DNA of 64,000 nucleotides, taken from the NCBI GenBank assembly GCA_051294375.1, contig CM119264.1:25236051-25300050 (forward strand), read 5' to 3'. A model generated the notes under the pieces. That model saw only the letters and a list, made by a program, of their open reading frames with translations, had not been told where the DNA came from and did not search any database. This document shows, one piece after another, positions 37,579-51,036 of this stretch (position 1 is its first letter; every line of letters begins with the position of its first letter). Source of the DNA: Paraspadella gotoi (lineage: Eukaryota; Animalia; Chaetognatha). The position numbers were made by a program, and so were the translations under genes.

Positions 37579-38484
37579 AGAGAGAGGAGAGAGAGAGAGA
37601 AGAGAGGAGAGAGAGAGAGAGAATGATGAAGAGGTGAATGGAGGCCATTTTTTTTTCGCGAAAAACGATTTGGTTGAGAGCAGATATTTGTAGAAGTGAT
37701 AGAAACGTTAAAAGAAATAGAAATTCATCCAAAAAATGTTGTAGCGACGAAATAAATAAAGATGATTATATGATTTCTAATAAATAATTATCCGAATTTG
37801 AAATCACAATTGAAACGAAGGCAAAATGAATTTTAGTCGAGACAAAATCAAGACGGAATTGTAAAATGATTTCGCCTCCCAATACAATTCAAGTTAAGTA
37901 AAGCAGCGATTTTAGAACATTTCTTTGCATTTTTTTTTCATACCTAGTAACGACATGCATATTGAATAGTTAACTGTCTACGCCGTTTTCAAATGTAGAC
38001 TGCAGAGCCGATCCTTGTGGCATGACGCGACAATTCGCTCTAGTGAACTTTAAAGGGAAAAAAGTAATACGACTCCTTTAATATTTGTTTATGTCACAAC
38101 AAGCTGAGAAGGCGCTCTCTCTTTCTCGCTCTCTCTTTCTCTCTCGCTCTTTCTCTCTCTTTCTCTCTCGCTCTCGCTTTCTCTTTCTCGCTCGCTCTTT
38201 TTCTCTTCAACCACTTCAAAATACCGTTTTGGCACGTTTAAATTTTTAGAAACAAATGTTTTTTCAGTCTACAAGTCTACATATCTAAGCGTACCGTATT
38301 TTAATTTTAAAAATTTTAATGACAAAACTAACAAAACAAAATTCTTCATATATATTATATAATTTATATTATAACGGCGGCACGACTCGCAACGCCAGGC
38401 AACGTTCGCCATTCAGGGTCGCGATTCTAAAACGACTGTTTTTAATTTTCGAGTTTATCTCGCAGCAAGAGACGATGGAGGTCG

Positions 38485-38549
<65 letters not shown>

Positions 38550-38874
38550 CCTGGCGCCTAATTAAAGGGTTCTTTTCGCTCTAGGTCGATAACGCGGCGC
38601 GAAATAAAACCGGCGGCGTCAAGCGTGACGTCGTGTTGCCATGGCGACGCGCGGGGGGGGGGATTTCGGCGCGGTTTCAAAAGATGGGAAAGAAAAGGAG
38701 AGAGAGTTGCTTGCGTGAATAATTTGCATACTCGTTCTTAGAAAAAGAATTTGGCAATTAACTGTCGCGAAATTGGGCGAACAAAAATTTAAATGGTTTT
38801 ATGTATTATTCCATGTCTTCTGTTTGCCTTCAAAAACAAAGAGACCAATGACATGAATAATGTATATTGAATAT

Positions 38875-39462
38875 TAAGGCGTAGTAAAATTTCTAAATTT
38901 AACTTTAATTAAAAGTGAGGAACAAACTACATTATACTAATGAAAAAAAAAAAAATTATAATAAATTTTACAATTTACGCAGTAGGCCATATTTATACTA
39001 GTACTAAACCAATAAATGTCAAAATTTCAAAACAGTTTTTTTTGAGATTTTTTTGCAGATTTAGATTCGTCATAAAAAGTTGATAAAAAGAAATATAACT
39101 CTTTTTGAAAAATTCCTTCATTAAGTAGGTCAAAAATTAGAAAAAGCTATATTTTAAGCAGAAAATTTACTTTTTATATATTAAATATAGTTTTTTAAAA
39201 ATTTAACCCACTTAATGAAAGGATTTTTAAAAATGATTTATTTTTCTTTTATCAACCTTTGACGAGGAATTCAAATCTGCAATCAAAATTAAGAAAAGCC
39301 TATTTTAAATTTTTTTGATTTTATAATAAAAATATATAAATATAGCCTACTGCAAAAATTACAAAACATAAAATTATTTTTTTTACAAATTAATGTTCAC
39401 TGATGGTATGTTGTTCATAATTGACTTTTAGAATTTTCGTATGTAACTTTCACTCCGCCTTA
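38875..39462. mobile_element. Fold-back MITE (non-autonomous DNA transposon; hAT- or Mutator-like)
   Basis: Termini TAAGGCGTAGT..ACTCCGCCTTA are inverted. Internal arms pair throughout (GCAGTAGGCCATATTTATA / TATAAATATAGCCTACTGC; TTGCAGATTT..GTTGATAAAA / TTTTATCAAC..AAATCTGCAA; CCTTCATTAAGT / ACTTAATGAAAGG). Flanked by the direct repeat TTGAATAT (38867-38874, 39463-39470). Confidence 0.85.
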
Positions 39463-39945
39463 TTGAATATTGTAAATAAATGTCAGATAAAATATTTCTA
39501 GATAATATGTTTGATCAAATGTAATAAAATCTTTCACCATTCGTTTCCTTTTTCACTGAAAATATAGGAGACACTTTAGTGAGTTCAAAAGGAAATGAAA
39601 TTTTTTTTAGATTAATACAAATATCTCGTATATTTTTTGGGTCGATGTATTTTTATTTTATATTCTCAATGTTTTTATTTCTATATCCGAACATTCATTC
39701 GAACCCTAACCGCAAAGACTAATTTTTCCTCACGTAAACGTTTTGGTATAACTTAATTCGGATTAAACGAAATGAGCTGAGATTTTTTGCAAAACTTTGA
39801 TATCGCGGGTTCGGGGGGGAGGAACGTCGCGGCGCCAGATCAATTTTAGGAGGAATTCAAATCTTGTTTACACATTATCGAAATCGCCCAACATCCAAGA
39901 TCGCAATGGCTTTTAGTCGCGGCTTTGACGTCGCAGAGGCAAACA

Positions 39946-40004
<59 letters not shown>

Positions 40005-40554
40005 CTTCCTCTTCAAATTTACTTTCCAACGTTCACTTTGTTTTCATTCCATTCGCGTTCAAATCCCGAGTTAGCAAACTTTTTTTTTTAGTTTTAATTA
40101 GAAATTATGCGTGAATCGCTTCGCAAACTCGTTCCGTTTGTGTGAAAAGAAAATTGATTCAGTTGGAGAAGAAGTGAGATGGATCAGAGGGCGTGATGTG
40201 AATAAGCGAGATCCGCCGGAGATCTCGAGGTGAACGTGAATAGGATTTCGTTTGTGGAATTAATGGGGAAAGTTTATTACTGTGAACTCGTATAAAAACT
40301 TGCAATATAAAATTGGGTAAATAAATTGGAAAATTATAAAATTCATTACAATGTAAAAACTTCGAATGATTATTTAGATTCAGAAACGTTAGGACAAAAC
40401 AGAGTAAAGGAATAAGTTTGAAATAAAAACAAGAGGATAAAGAGATAAAAAAAATAAAGAATAAAAAATATTAAAGAAAGAGAAAAAGAAAAAAATAAAT
40501 TAAGAATAAAAAAAAGAAGAAAAGAAACAAAGAAAAAAAAGAAAGATGGAAAAA

Positions 40555-40591
40555 AAGAAAGAAAGAAACACAGAAAGAAAGAAAGAAAAAG

Positions 40592-40678
<87 letters not shown>

Positions 40679-40690
40679 AGGAAAGAAAGA
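40555..40690. repeat. (AAAG)n microsatellite
   Basis: Near-perfect GAAA run. Confidence 0.95.
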
Positions 40691-40985
40691 AAAAACGGAT
40701 ACGTAAGTAACTGAGCCAAGAAAGATGCTAAAACGTGAACAGAAGGAGGCGGTGAAAGACGTGAAGGAAAAAAGAAGTGAAATTGAAAACAAGTAAGACT
40801 CACTCTCACTCTCTCTCTCTCTGCTCTCTCTCCTCTCGTCTCTCTCATTCCCTCCCTCATATCGCTCTCCTTTCCTTCTCTCTCTCAGGATTAAATTATG
40901 CAAGAGCTCATTCTACTCATTTTTTTCCTTCAACTTCGGTTTCAACCAGCAGACGACCAAAGAGAGAAAGAGAGAGGATAGAAAG

Positions 40986-41028
<43 letters not shown>

Positions 41029-42136
41029 GAAGGAGAGAGAGAGAGAGAGAGAGAGAGAAGAGAGAGGAGAGAGAGAGAGAGGAAAGAGAAGAAATGGAAA
41101 CCCATTTTTGTTCTGTTTGTTTGGAAGGAGAAAAGTGGGAGTGGCGCTGGCGAGGGGACGCTCAGGTGGCGCTGGTTACGGTCGACGGGCGTCGCGCAGG
41201 AAAACGTTAGGGTTTTTTCTTCTTTTTTTTTTCAAGATGGCGGCGGCGCCGGAGGAGAAAAGGAAAAAAAGAAAAAGAGAAGAGTAAATTAAGGAAGAAG
41301 GGGAAGTAGGAAAAGCAAATTAGGCAGAGAAGAAGAATTGAAGAATAAATTAAGGAGGTAGGAATAAAATCAAGGAGAGAGAAAGGATGAAGAGCAAATG
41401 TAGAGTTAGAAGACAGAAAAAAAAAATTACTTGATGAATGAAAGAATTAGTAATTTGGAAGTAAATTACAAAGAATAATAATTATATTAAGCCAATAAAT
41501 ATCAAAAAAGAATTTGGGGATGAGATTAGAAGAAAACAAGAAAAAAACTTATTTTTTAATTTTTTTTAAAAATCCCTTTTTAAATGAACTGAAAGAAAAA
41601 AAAATGTGTTAAACATGTCTAATTGTCTATTGTCTAATCCACCTTTGAAGTCGATTAGCGATTCGTAACAGCATAAAATGAAATAACAAAATTAAACTCC
41701 CCCCCCAGCCAGTTCAGAAAAAGCAAAACACGAAAAAGGTCGCTCTCGTCCTCAGGTGAGATACATTCCCTTGGCGGGAGAAGCAGCCAAAAACGTCAAG
41801 CGACGGAAACCAAGAGTCGAACATAAAAACAGCAACAGATTTCCAAAATGTCTCCGTCGTTTCCTTTTTTAAAAACTTCGTCGTTGAGGATAACGACGTC
41901 AACAATAACACGAAAAAAGGCGGGAAATATGTCCCCACCCCCAACGACCCGCTCCCTCTCTCCCTCTTTCGGCACAAAAAGAAAGAGAAAGGAGAGTTTT
42001 TTGTGTTGACGTTCGTCGCCTGGCATACCGGCGGTGTTTGTGCGCGGGATTTTCGAGGTAAGAAGATCGGATCGGACAATATGATGGCTGAGCGAGAGAG
42101 AGAGAGAGAGAGAGGAGGAGAAGAGAGAGAGGAGAG

Positions 42137-42173
<37 letters not shown>

Positions 42174-42189
42174 AGAGAGAGAGACTGAC

Positions 42190-42448
42190 CGACCTACCCT
42201 TCCGTTCCCATTTGACGACCCCGCCGTGGAACCGCGTGGCGTCGCTGACGTCGTCGTTCGGACCGGAAATCGTCCACGAGATGTTGCTCTTCGGTGCCAG
42301 AGGATTCGAGGAAATGACGCAAGTGACGTTGTAAGGCGAGGTGGGCGTGGCGATCGTGTCGGCGCCGAGAACGAGCATTTCCGGCGTCAGTCCGGCGCCG
42401 TCGTCGGCGACCTCGTTTAGCGGCGAAGTCGAGGATAACGTCTCTGGG
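42190..42448 (-). CDS. IgSF receptor exon 4, Ig3 insertion plus B/C strands
   Basis: ttcaccttcag acceptor in phase 2 matches exon 3; the GTCAGT donor gives phase 0, matching exon 5. Encodes PETLSSTSPLNEVADDGAGLTPEMLVLGADTIATPTSPYNVTCVISSNPLAPKSNISWTISGPNDD..KWERKGRS (Ig C..SNP..W). A nearby GTAGGT donor at 42197 would be out of phase. Confidence 0.85.
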
Positions 42449-42811
42449 CTGAAGGTGAAGTTCACAATAGTCGTGAATGTCACAACTTCCAGCTCACTGA
42501 TCACATGCGCAACAAATGTATCAAAGATTTGAGCATATTACCCTAAAAGCCACCAAAGCGTATAATCTCTAAATCTGTATTTTTGGAGTTTGAACTGTGA
42601 CGTGGTTAGACATTAACTATAAAAACTAAGGACAATGTAATTAAATAAATTACCTACAACCGACCTTTTATTTTATGGATTAAATTTAATCTAAACGACA
42701 TTAAAAATCGTTAATTTTCTTTCGTAAATGATAAAATTTTAAGGAAGTTTAATTGCATATGCGTATTTGAATCATTCTTTTTTTCCCTTGACCGAAAAAA
42801 CCCAAACAGAC

Positions 42812-43116
42812 CTGGAATCGTCTCCCATCCGCAGCCGCCGCCGCCGCTGCAGCACCAGCGTCCGCTCGACGGGGCACTCGATCCGCGGCTCGAACATGAC
42901 CTCGAGACTCTCGTAGCCGCAGGAGAGGAAAGGGTAAGAGTTGTTCCAGTAGTCGTGAAAGGCCTGACACCGCAGCGGAACTCCCAGGTCGGAGTGGTGC
43001 GGAGTGAAGAGGAACTCGGACACGCTGCTGTTGCTGAAGGAGGAGAGTTTGCCCTGGGTGGAGAAGTCCCCCTTTTTCCAGAAGAGTTGGGGTTTGATCT
43101 CGCCGTAGGAAGATAC
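42812..43116 (-). CDS. IgSF receptor exon 3, Ig2 (C2-set-like) and start of Ig3
   Basis: ctcttcaacccaag acceptor in phase 0, GTCTGT donor in phase 2. VSSYGEIKPQLFWKK..SEFLFTPHHSDLGVPLRCQAFH..LEVMFEPRIECP contains the P..W and F-T-P-x3-D-x-G-x2-L-x-C motifs typical of nephrin/nectin-type C2 domains. Confidence 0.9.
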
Positions 43117-45371
43117 CTTGGGTTGAAGAGAGAGTGGGAGGCCTGAACTGCGGTTTGAAACAAGCACCGCTTTTTTTCTTTGTATTGATTGTCCGTCTTA
43201 TTTTGTTAAGTTACGGTTGAAGTCGTCGTTATTTTCAATTCAGCTCGTAAAGTTTCTTATGTTTGCGAGGTGTACAAATGTCCCTTTATTCGTTTTAGTT
43301 AAATACATTTATTTGTTTTTTTGTTTTGATTGTTTTATTTGCCATTACTTTACGAGTTCAATGAATCATGAATGAGAGTATTTCCTTTTTTTCGTGTAAA
43401 CTTTAAGTAATATAATCTTTTATATAACCGAATGATAGTTAACGATTTTTATCATTTATAAAATTTGCATCTGGAATCCGTTTTTCCCTTTTTCATCGAT
43501 AGGTAATACGATTCTTTTATTAAGAAGTTTTATTTTCTTTTTTTTTTTTAAGTTCATTTTCCTCGCAGATATTTTTCTCCGTCATCTTTACGATTCTGTG
43601 CCTTCTGCTCTCTAACGCGATATCGAATATCGAAAAAGAAAATCTCGAACGGAGACATCAAAAATGTCTTTGGGGAAGCATTGAAAATAGTTAAACTCTT
43701 GGTAAAGCATCTCAATGCTCGACTAAGCTATGAAGTGCAGGGCGAATCGCGGCGAAGTAACATCGTGGAATCCATCGTTCAATGAAATTGAAATTTCCAT
43801 GTCTTTGCTCCTCCTCCTCTCACTTTTTCCTCTTCCTCTTTGCCTCTTTCAAAAGTCAAACTTTAAAAACGCGTGATTCGGATGACAAAATCTTTATTCA
43901 TAACACTTTTATCTTTCTAAGCTTTTTTNNNNNNNNNNNNNNNNNNNNNNNNNNNNNNNNNNNNNNNNNNNNNNNNNNNNNNNNNNNNNNNNNNNNNNNN
44001 NNNNNNNNNNNNNNNNNNNNNNNNNNNNNNNNNNNNNNNNNNNNNNNNNNNNNNNNNNNNNNNNNNNNNNNNNNNNNNNNNNNNNNNNNNNNNNNNNNNN
44101 NNNNNNNNNNNNNNNNNNNNNNNNNNNNNNNNNNNNNNNNNNNNNNNNNNNNNNNNNNNNNNNNNNNNNNNNNNNNNNNNNNNNNNNNNNNNNNNNNNNN
44201 NNNNNNNNNNNNNNNNNNNNNNNNNNNNNNNNNNNNNNNNNNNNNNTGCCTCACATTCATAAACCTGTCACTTTGGATGTCATCTCGAAAACTTTCGACC
44301 TTAATTTTCTTTTCCTTTCACTTCAGTCTTCTTTTTTTTGGTTTATATTTTACTACCGACTTCTTTTTGTTNNNNNNNNNNNNNNNNNNNNNNNNNNNNN
44401 NNNNNNNNNNNNNNNNNNNNNNNNNNNNNNNNNNNNNNNNNNNNNNNNNNNNNNNNNNNNNNNNNNNNNNNNNNNNNNNNNNNNNNNNNNNNNNNNNNNN
44501 NNNNNNNNNNNNNNNNNNNNNNNNNNNNNNNNNNNNNNNNNNNNNNNNNNNNNNNNNNNNNNNNNNNNNNNNNNNNNNNNNNNNNNNNNNNNNNNNNNNN
44601 NNNNNNNNNNNNNNNNNNNNNNNNNNNNNNNNNNNNNNNNNNNNNNNNNNNNNNNNNNNNNNNNNNNNNNNNNNNNNNNNNNNNNNNNNCTTTATTCCCT
44701 ATTAATCTTTCTTACACGAGTCTGTCGTTTATTGAATTTCATTTTCTTGTTCCTCTCTTTTTTCTTTCTGCATCGATTCCTTTTTTTCTTCCACTCAACA
44801 ATCGACCAAATTTCTTAACGATTTAAATCGTTTGTATTTTCTGTGTGAAGTAATTGAATCGCATAGACTTTCTCCCAAACCACATCTTTATTTTTCCCCC
44901 CCTTTTTTTTAAGCCAAGAATTCTACATCGAGTTGAGCATCTGTCCTCCCCCGGGCTCGCATCTGTCGTCGTCGTCGTCATATTCGTCGTCGTCCCACCC
45001 TTGCCTCCCTTGCTCCCACAAAAATCACATCATGAAGTTTTTCTCGCGTTAATCTTCGGTGTTCGTGCTTAATCCAGGAGCTTAGTATCCAGCCAAACTC
45101 TCTCTCTTTCTTGCTTCTCTCTTTCTTTCCCTTTTTCTTTTCGTCTTTTAATCTTTGCATACATCTCTTTTCATTTTTTTTTGGAAGTCTTTCTATTTAG
45201 GGTTTTTAGACCTTTGTTCATCTTATGTATCATTTATTTTAATCTTTTTTTCCTCCTTTCCATATTTTCATTAATTTTTTTGTCTCGTTCGCACTTGGTC
45301 TAAACGTAGGTTTCGCCACGTTAACTTGCATTGTGTCATATCTCTCTTCCCTTGTCTTTCCCTCATCTCCA

Positions 45372-45412
<41 letters not shown>

Positions 45413-48373
45413 GCAGAGCCCGATACCAGCGTATGTTCTCGACCACGTTAAACACTTGACAGATTTGTGTCATATCCTCATCGTTCCCTTGTCTTTCCAG
45501 CTCATCTACGCATTCCAATCTTCTCTCATGCTCTCTCTCGTCTGCCTCTCCTCTGCTCCTCTCTCTCATCTCTCTCCTCACAGTCTGCTCTGCTCTCTCT
45601 GCCTCCTCATCTTCTGGTCAGCCCTCCTCACTTCCTTCCTCTCCCTCTTCACGCCGGCCGGTCGGTTTCCGATTGCCACTCTCTGAACATTTATTACCGC
45701 GCTTCTGATCCCGCCTGGCATTATATCGAACGCCGTAGTTATGGCATTATTCGGAACGACAGTCGACAGCGTGAAGGACACGCGTACCTCACGTCAGGGG
45801 ATATCTCTCCATCATCGTCACTCTCGCTCTCTCTCCCATCTCTCTCTCTCCATCTCTCTCGTCCTCTCTGCTGATTCCTCTTTTTAAGCATTTTTTTTTC
45901 TATANNNNNNNNNNNNNNNNNNNNNNNNNTTTTCAAGAATCTCCGCTAATGGACTAAAGCTTGATTAATTAACTGAACTCTCCAAAAAAAATTTGGCACA
46001 TCCTGCAAGCAAGCTTTCAATTTCCGGTTCCAATATGCAAGTAGCTTCTCTATATCCCCATACTCGTCCACCATCTAAACCGACAAAGCTGCCAAGAAAA
46101 CCGTAAACTAAACGGCGTGAATTTTTCTCTTCTTCTCCTTCAATTCTTTGGGGACACAATGGATATAAAAACAGCGTCAAAAAGATTTTCCCTCACATCC
46201 TCGTGATTCCAGCGAAGGAAAAAAAAGAGGGCGTGTCAAAAAAAAGGAGAAAAAAAGAAAAAAAGAATTCGTATCTGCTTCGTGTATCTAAATTTCATTG
46301 GAGGAGAAAGGGGAAATAAAAAAAAAGGTATGTAGGAGAGATCAGAGGGGAGGAAAGGAAGGTAGAAACGTTGAAAGAGAGAAAAAATGAAGGAAAGAAA
46401 AGAATAAAGAAAGAATAAAAAGAGAAAGGTTTCGAGTGTCTGCCAGTCTGAGGAGAAAAAAAAGAATAAAAAGAATTTTCGACTGGGGAGAGAAAGAAAG
46501 AGACAGAAGGGAGAAATAGAGAAAAGGAGAAAGTAAAAAAAGAAAAGAAAGAAAAGTCGCTCATTTTTCAATAACATCGGTTTTGGAAATGGAGAGAGAT
46601 TTCGGCAAAGAGAAATAAAGGGCAGAAATAAAGGGAAGGGAAGCAGAAGAAGGAAGTGAAAGGAAAAGTCATTATAGATTACAAAAGCAATAGGAAATTA
46701 AGAAAAGAGAGATGAATAGAAGGAAATAAAAGGTAAGAAAATAAGAAGAAAAGAAAAAAGAAGAAATTTACAGAAGAAAGTAAGTTAAGAACAACTTCAG
46801 TAATCAAAGGACTTAATGAAATAGAGAAGAAAATACATGCTAAAATAGAAACTTTCCCGACAAAAAAAACCAAAGGATGCAAGTAGCTCACACAACGCAT
46901 AAACAGTAAACGCGTGAAAACTCCGTAAATGTTGGGGAAAATCGGGGCGATCCTCGCCCATGGAAAAAAAAATCCTTTGGCGAAAGACGCCGAAAAGAGA
47001 GACGCAATTTAGTTCCATAATCCTCGCTGCGACTAAAAATGAAACTCGGCTTGGCACGGGAAACTGTGGGGGAGGGGGGGTTAGTGAGGGTGGAATTGGG
47101 ATTGACTGTGGCGAGATCGTGGCGCGGGTTTTATGATTGGACGAATAACCATCTGAGCGGGAAAATAAGCATGAAATCGAGATCAGCGGGGAAAAGTTTA
47201 TGGTACTGGAGTGGAATATATATTTTGGGGTTAATATGTTTTATGTAGCTTCGTATGATTGATTTTAATTCAATGTACAACTTTAAATAATTTTATTTAA
47301 TAACGTACTGTTAAGAGGACACGCTTTGTCAAAAATAGATATAATTAGGTAGAATAGGAAAATTGCCGATAATAAAAAAGAAAATGATAATCATATGTAG
47401 TGACGGACATTGGTCAAGGGTGAAGCGATGGAACAAAGCATAAAGGTAGGGTTAAGGAACAAAGGGAGAACCCATTTTCAATGAGTTGGCAACGCGGATG
47501 TTGGCAGAGGTTGCCAAATCGACATTGGCCGCTCGCAGCACCGCCATAGTCAATTGTTGGTTCGCAGCTTCGCAGCTTCGCAGCTTCCCTATTCAATCGA
47601 ATGAGATCCGATCCACTACTGTTGGTTCACATCACAACCTTAAGAATGTCGACAAATCATAAATTGGAGCATTAGTGACTCGCGACAAAAATCCAGGCCA
47701 GAAATGACAATTGCGAGGCACCAATGGCTCAAGAGGTCTCAGCCGATCTAAGCCGCGGCGCTTTCTAGTCGCCTTGACTCTGCCTGGCGACAGAAGTGTC
47801 GCCGCACAATCGTTATAAACGACTTAAATCTGTCATGGCTGGTTGAGAGTGGCTCGCGTAAACTATTTTTAAACGAGTTTGTATTTGACATGATGAAAAC
47901 TTGAACAAACAATATGAACAAATGTGCAAACAGGCAAACCAAGTTTTTATTCCTCCTCCTCTTCCTCTTTCTTTTTTACCTCGTTCCAGTTTTCCTAGCT
48001 CTAAGAACACGTTTTTTAGATCATAAAACCTTTTTTAGTTACGATATTCTTTTTCTATGATTACTTATTTAAGAAAAAAACAGACCAAAAGCGCCGATAC
48101 TACAAACATTTTAAAGACGAAGACGGAGAAGAGCGTAAAACTCTAGTCTTTACTCCGTGAGACTTTGTGAGACTTTGTGAAATTGAGGAGACGGGCGATC
48201 GTAAGAAGAGCGGAAAAGAAAGACGAAGAAGAAAAAAAAGGAAAGACGACTCGGGGAAACCGAAAATAGGAAAATACATCATCTTAGCTGCAACCAGCGC
48301 CGCCTGTGGCGGTATGCGGACAATAAATCGAGTGGCCTTTTGTTTTCGGGGTTTTTTTTTTTATTTTTAGGAA

Positions 48374-48463
48374 TCTAGGTCTATACTGTTTTGGAAGACT
48401 GCTTGGCGTATAAGAGGAGAGAGATGAGAGAGAGAGAGTGAAGAGAGAGGAGGACGGAGGAGA

Positions 48464-48501
<38 letters not shown>

Positions 48502-48902
48502 GAGCGAGCGAGAGAGAGAGAGAAGAGAGAGAAGAAGGGAGGAGAGAGACGAGAGCGAGAGGAGAGAAAGAGAGGGAGGAGAGAGAGAGAAAGAAAGAGG
48601 AGAGAGAGAGAGAAGAGAGAGAGAAAGAGAGAAAGAGAGAGAGAGAGAGAGAAGAAGAGAGAAGAAGGAGAGAGAGAGAGAGGAGGAGAAGACGAGAGAG
48701 GAGGGAGGAGGGGGAGAAGGGAGAGGGGACGAGAGAGACGGCAGAAGAGAGATGAGAGAAAGAGAGAGGACGAAGAGACAGACCGGAGAGAAGGACGAGA
48801 GAGAGAGAAGAGAAGAGTGAGAGAGAGAGAGAAAGAAGATGAGAGAGAGAAAGAGAGAGAGAGAGAGAGAAAGAGAGAAGAGAGAGAAAGAAAGAGAGAG
48901 AG

Positions 48903-48945
<43 letters not shown>

Positions 48946-48955
48946 CAAAAGGGAG
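48374..48955. repeat. Composite repeat unit (36-bp core plus long GA tract)
   Basis: TCTAGGTCTATACTGTTTTGGA(A)GACTGCTTGG followed by (GA)n ending in GAAGACAAAA; the same unit occurs twice at 50762 and 50878. Confidence 0.75.
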
Positions 48956-49948
48956 CATATACTTGAACTTCGCGGACCCAATTTCGTCACATCTATTGTT
49001 TCCGGCTGCCGGCTTATTGTCTTCCCTCCGTCCGCGGTCAGGTCGCGGACTGACGCCGAACCTGACCCCGACGGGTCATTCTCTTCTCTTCTCTTCTCTT
49101 CTCTTCCCTCTCGCCCGCGGCATCCGGGCTTCAATGATCGGAGTCCGCGATAACCTACGGAGCTGAAAGTCGCGGATCGAGACCTTTTTCTTCTCTTTCC
49201 TTTAATCTTAAAAGAATAAAAAATTATGAAAAATAAAATGATAAAAAAATAATAAATAAAAAAGGAAGGAAATAAATAAACAAATTGATTGTGAAAAAAA
49301 TATGGTCACAGACTCTCTCTCTTCTTCTCTTTTTATTCTTTTTTCTTTAATTTTCTATCTTCTATGATTTTGAATTTATTCTGACTTATTTCTTTTTTCC
49401 CTTAATTATTGTTTTCTTTTTTCTTTAATTTTCATTTGTATCAATTTGTATTTAATATTTTTTTAAACTGTGAAACAAAAAAATTACAATTTCTATTATT
49501 AAATGATTTAAAAATGATTAAAAAAGAATACTGGCAGGCGAAAATTGCTTAGGATTCCTCTTAAGATTTCCAGACAAACTGTTTTTGCTCGGGCTTTTTG
49601 TTTCAGCTTTGCTCCACTCTCCACTCTCGTATAAAGCGACCTCTCAAAACAATTTTTGGCGCAAAGGCAGCTTTTCCCAGACAAAGACAGGGTTAAAAAC
49701 TTTGCTAGACTTTTCCCAAAAAATTTGATATTTAGGTAATCGAATTCAAATTAAAAATAATTAAAATCAATTAAATGTTTTAGTGAGAAAAAAAATATTT
49801 TTGTTTTATTTGCAGTGTTTAGAGACAGTTTGAGTTTAGTTTTGACAACGATTTTATTTTATTGTAAAAACAGACATGTTCGGCTTCATTTCAGTGTTTA
49901 AAATTTAAACAATTAAAAATTCCATAATTAGATGAATGGAACACTGAT

Positions 49949-50050
49949 GGAAGGCTTAACCACCAAAGCCTGTCCAAAGTCAGGAGGACTAGATAGCTTT
50001 ATTTATTAAAATGAATGGATAACTTTTATATTGATTGTACCAATTTCATT
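49949..50050. repeat. Dispersed repeat fragment, same family as 366-870
   Basis: GGCTTAACCACCAAAGCCTGTCCAAAGTCAG..GATAGCTT..TTAAAATGAATGGATA shared with ~410-520 and ~760-870. Confidence 0.65.
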
Positions 50051-50761
50051 AAGTCATATTTAGTAAAAGGAAGTGTATGTGAAGAGAAATCACAGCGCCG
50101 CAACAAGTTGGACTTCCTAGGTTTCTGTTTAATTTGTAGGTTGCTTTAAAAATTTAATACAAAGGCAAACGTTTTCAGTTATTTTTTAATAATGATCAAT
50201 TTTGTGCACTAATTTAAATTTTTTTCATAAATTTTTTTGTAAAACAAATTTTTTTTCCTCATCGCCTATTAAACTAATTTTAATATTAACATTAAAATCT
50301 TGATTTTTACAAGCCAAATAGATAACCTAGAAAAACGAATGATGTTAAAAACAATTCAAACATTGTAATTAAGTTCATTCTCTCTCTCATCTCTCTTTGT
50401 CAAATTTTTCCGACATCAGTTTTTAGGTAGGACAAATAGCCTTGTATTCAAAAGTTATTTTATAATATGAGTTAGTTTTCCCCAAAAAAAATTATTGTGA
50501 AAATTTAAAATGAAAGAATGGCACCCAAAGAGAAAAGAAAAAACAATGTCCCGCGACCACGATCTCCGGACGAAGTCCTGTTGATCCGCGGATTTCTCCC
50601 GATCAGAGTTTTTTTCTCTCGATCCGCGACCTCGAGTCCCCGGCGGACAAAGATTGGCCGGCGGACGTGGTCCGCGCCATGGTGGACAAAAGGGCTCGGT
50701 GGCCGGAACACCATATGGCTTCCTCGCCGCAAATCTCGGAGTATACCCATGCAAAAAGCGT

Positions 50762-50826
50762 TCTAGGTCTATACTGTTTTTGGAGACTGCTTGGGCTATG
50801 AGGAGAGAGAGAGAGAGAGAAGAGGA

Positions 50827-50864
<38 letters not shown>

Positions 50865-50920
50865 AGGACAAAAAAGGTCTAGGTCTATACTGTTTTGGAG
50901 ACTTGGCATTGGCGTACTGA

Positions 50921-50957
<37 letters not shown>

Positions 50958-51036
50958 AGAGAGAGAAGAAGAGAGAGAACGAGGCGAGAGAGAGAGAGAC
51001 GAGAGAGAGAGAGAGAGAGAGAGAAGACAAAAAGGT
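50762..51036. repeat. Two tandem composite core+(GA)n units
   Basis: Core TCTAGGTCTATACTGTTTTGGAGACT at 50762 and 50878, each followed by a GA tract ending in GACAAAAA(A)GGTC. Confidence 0.75.
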
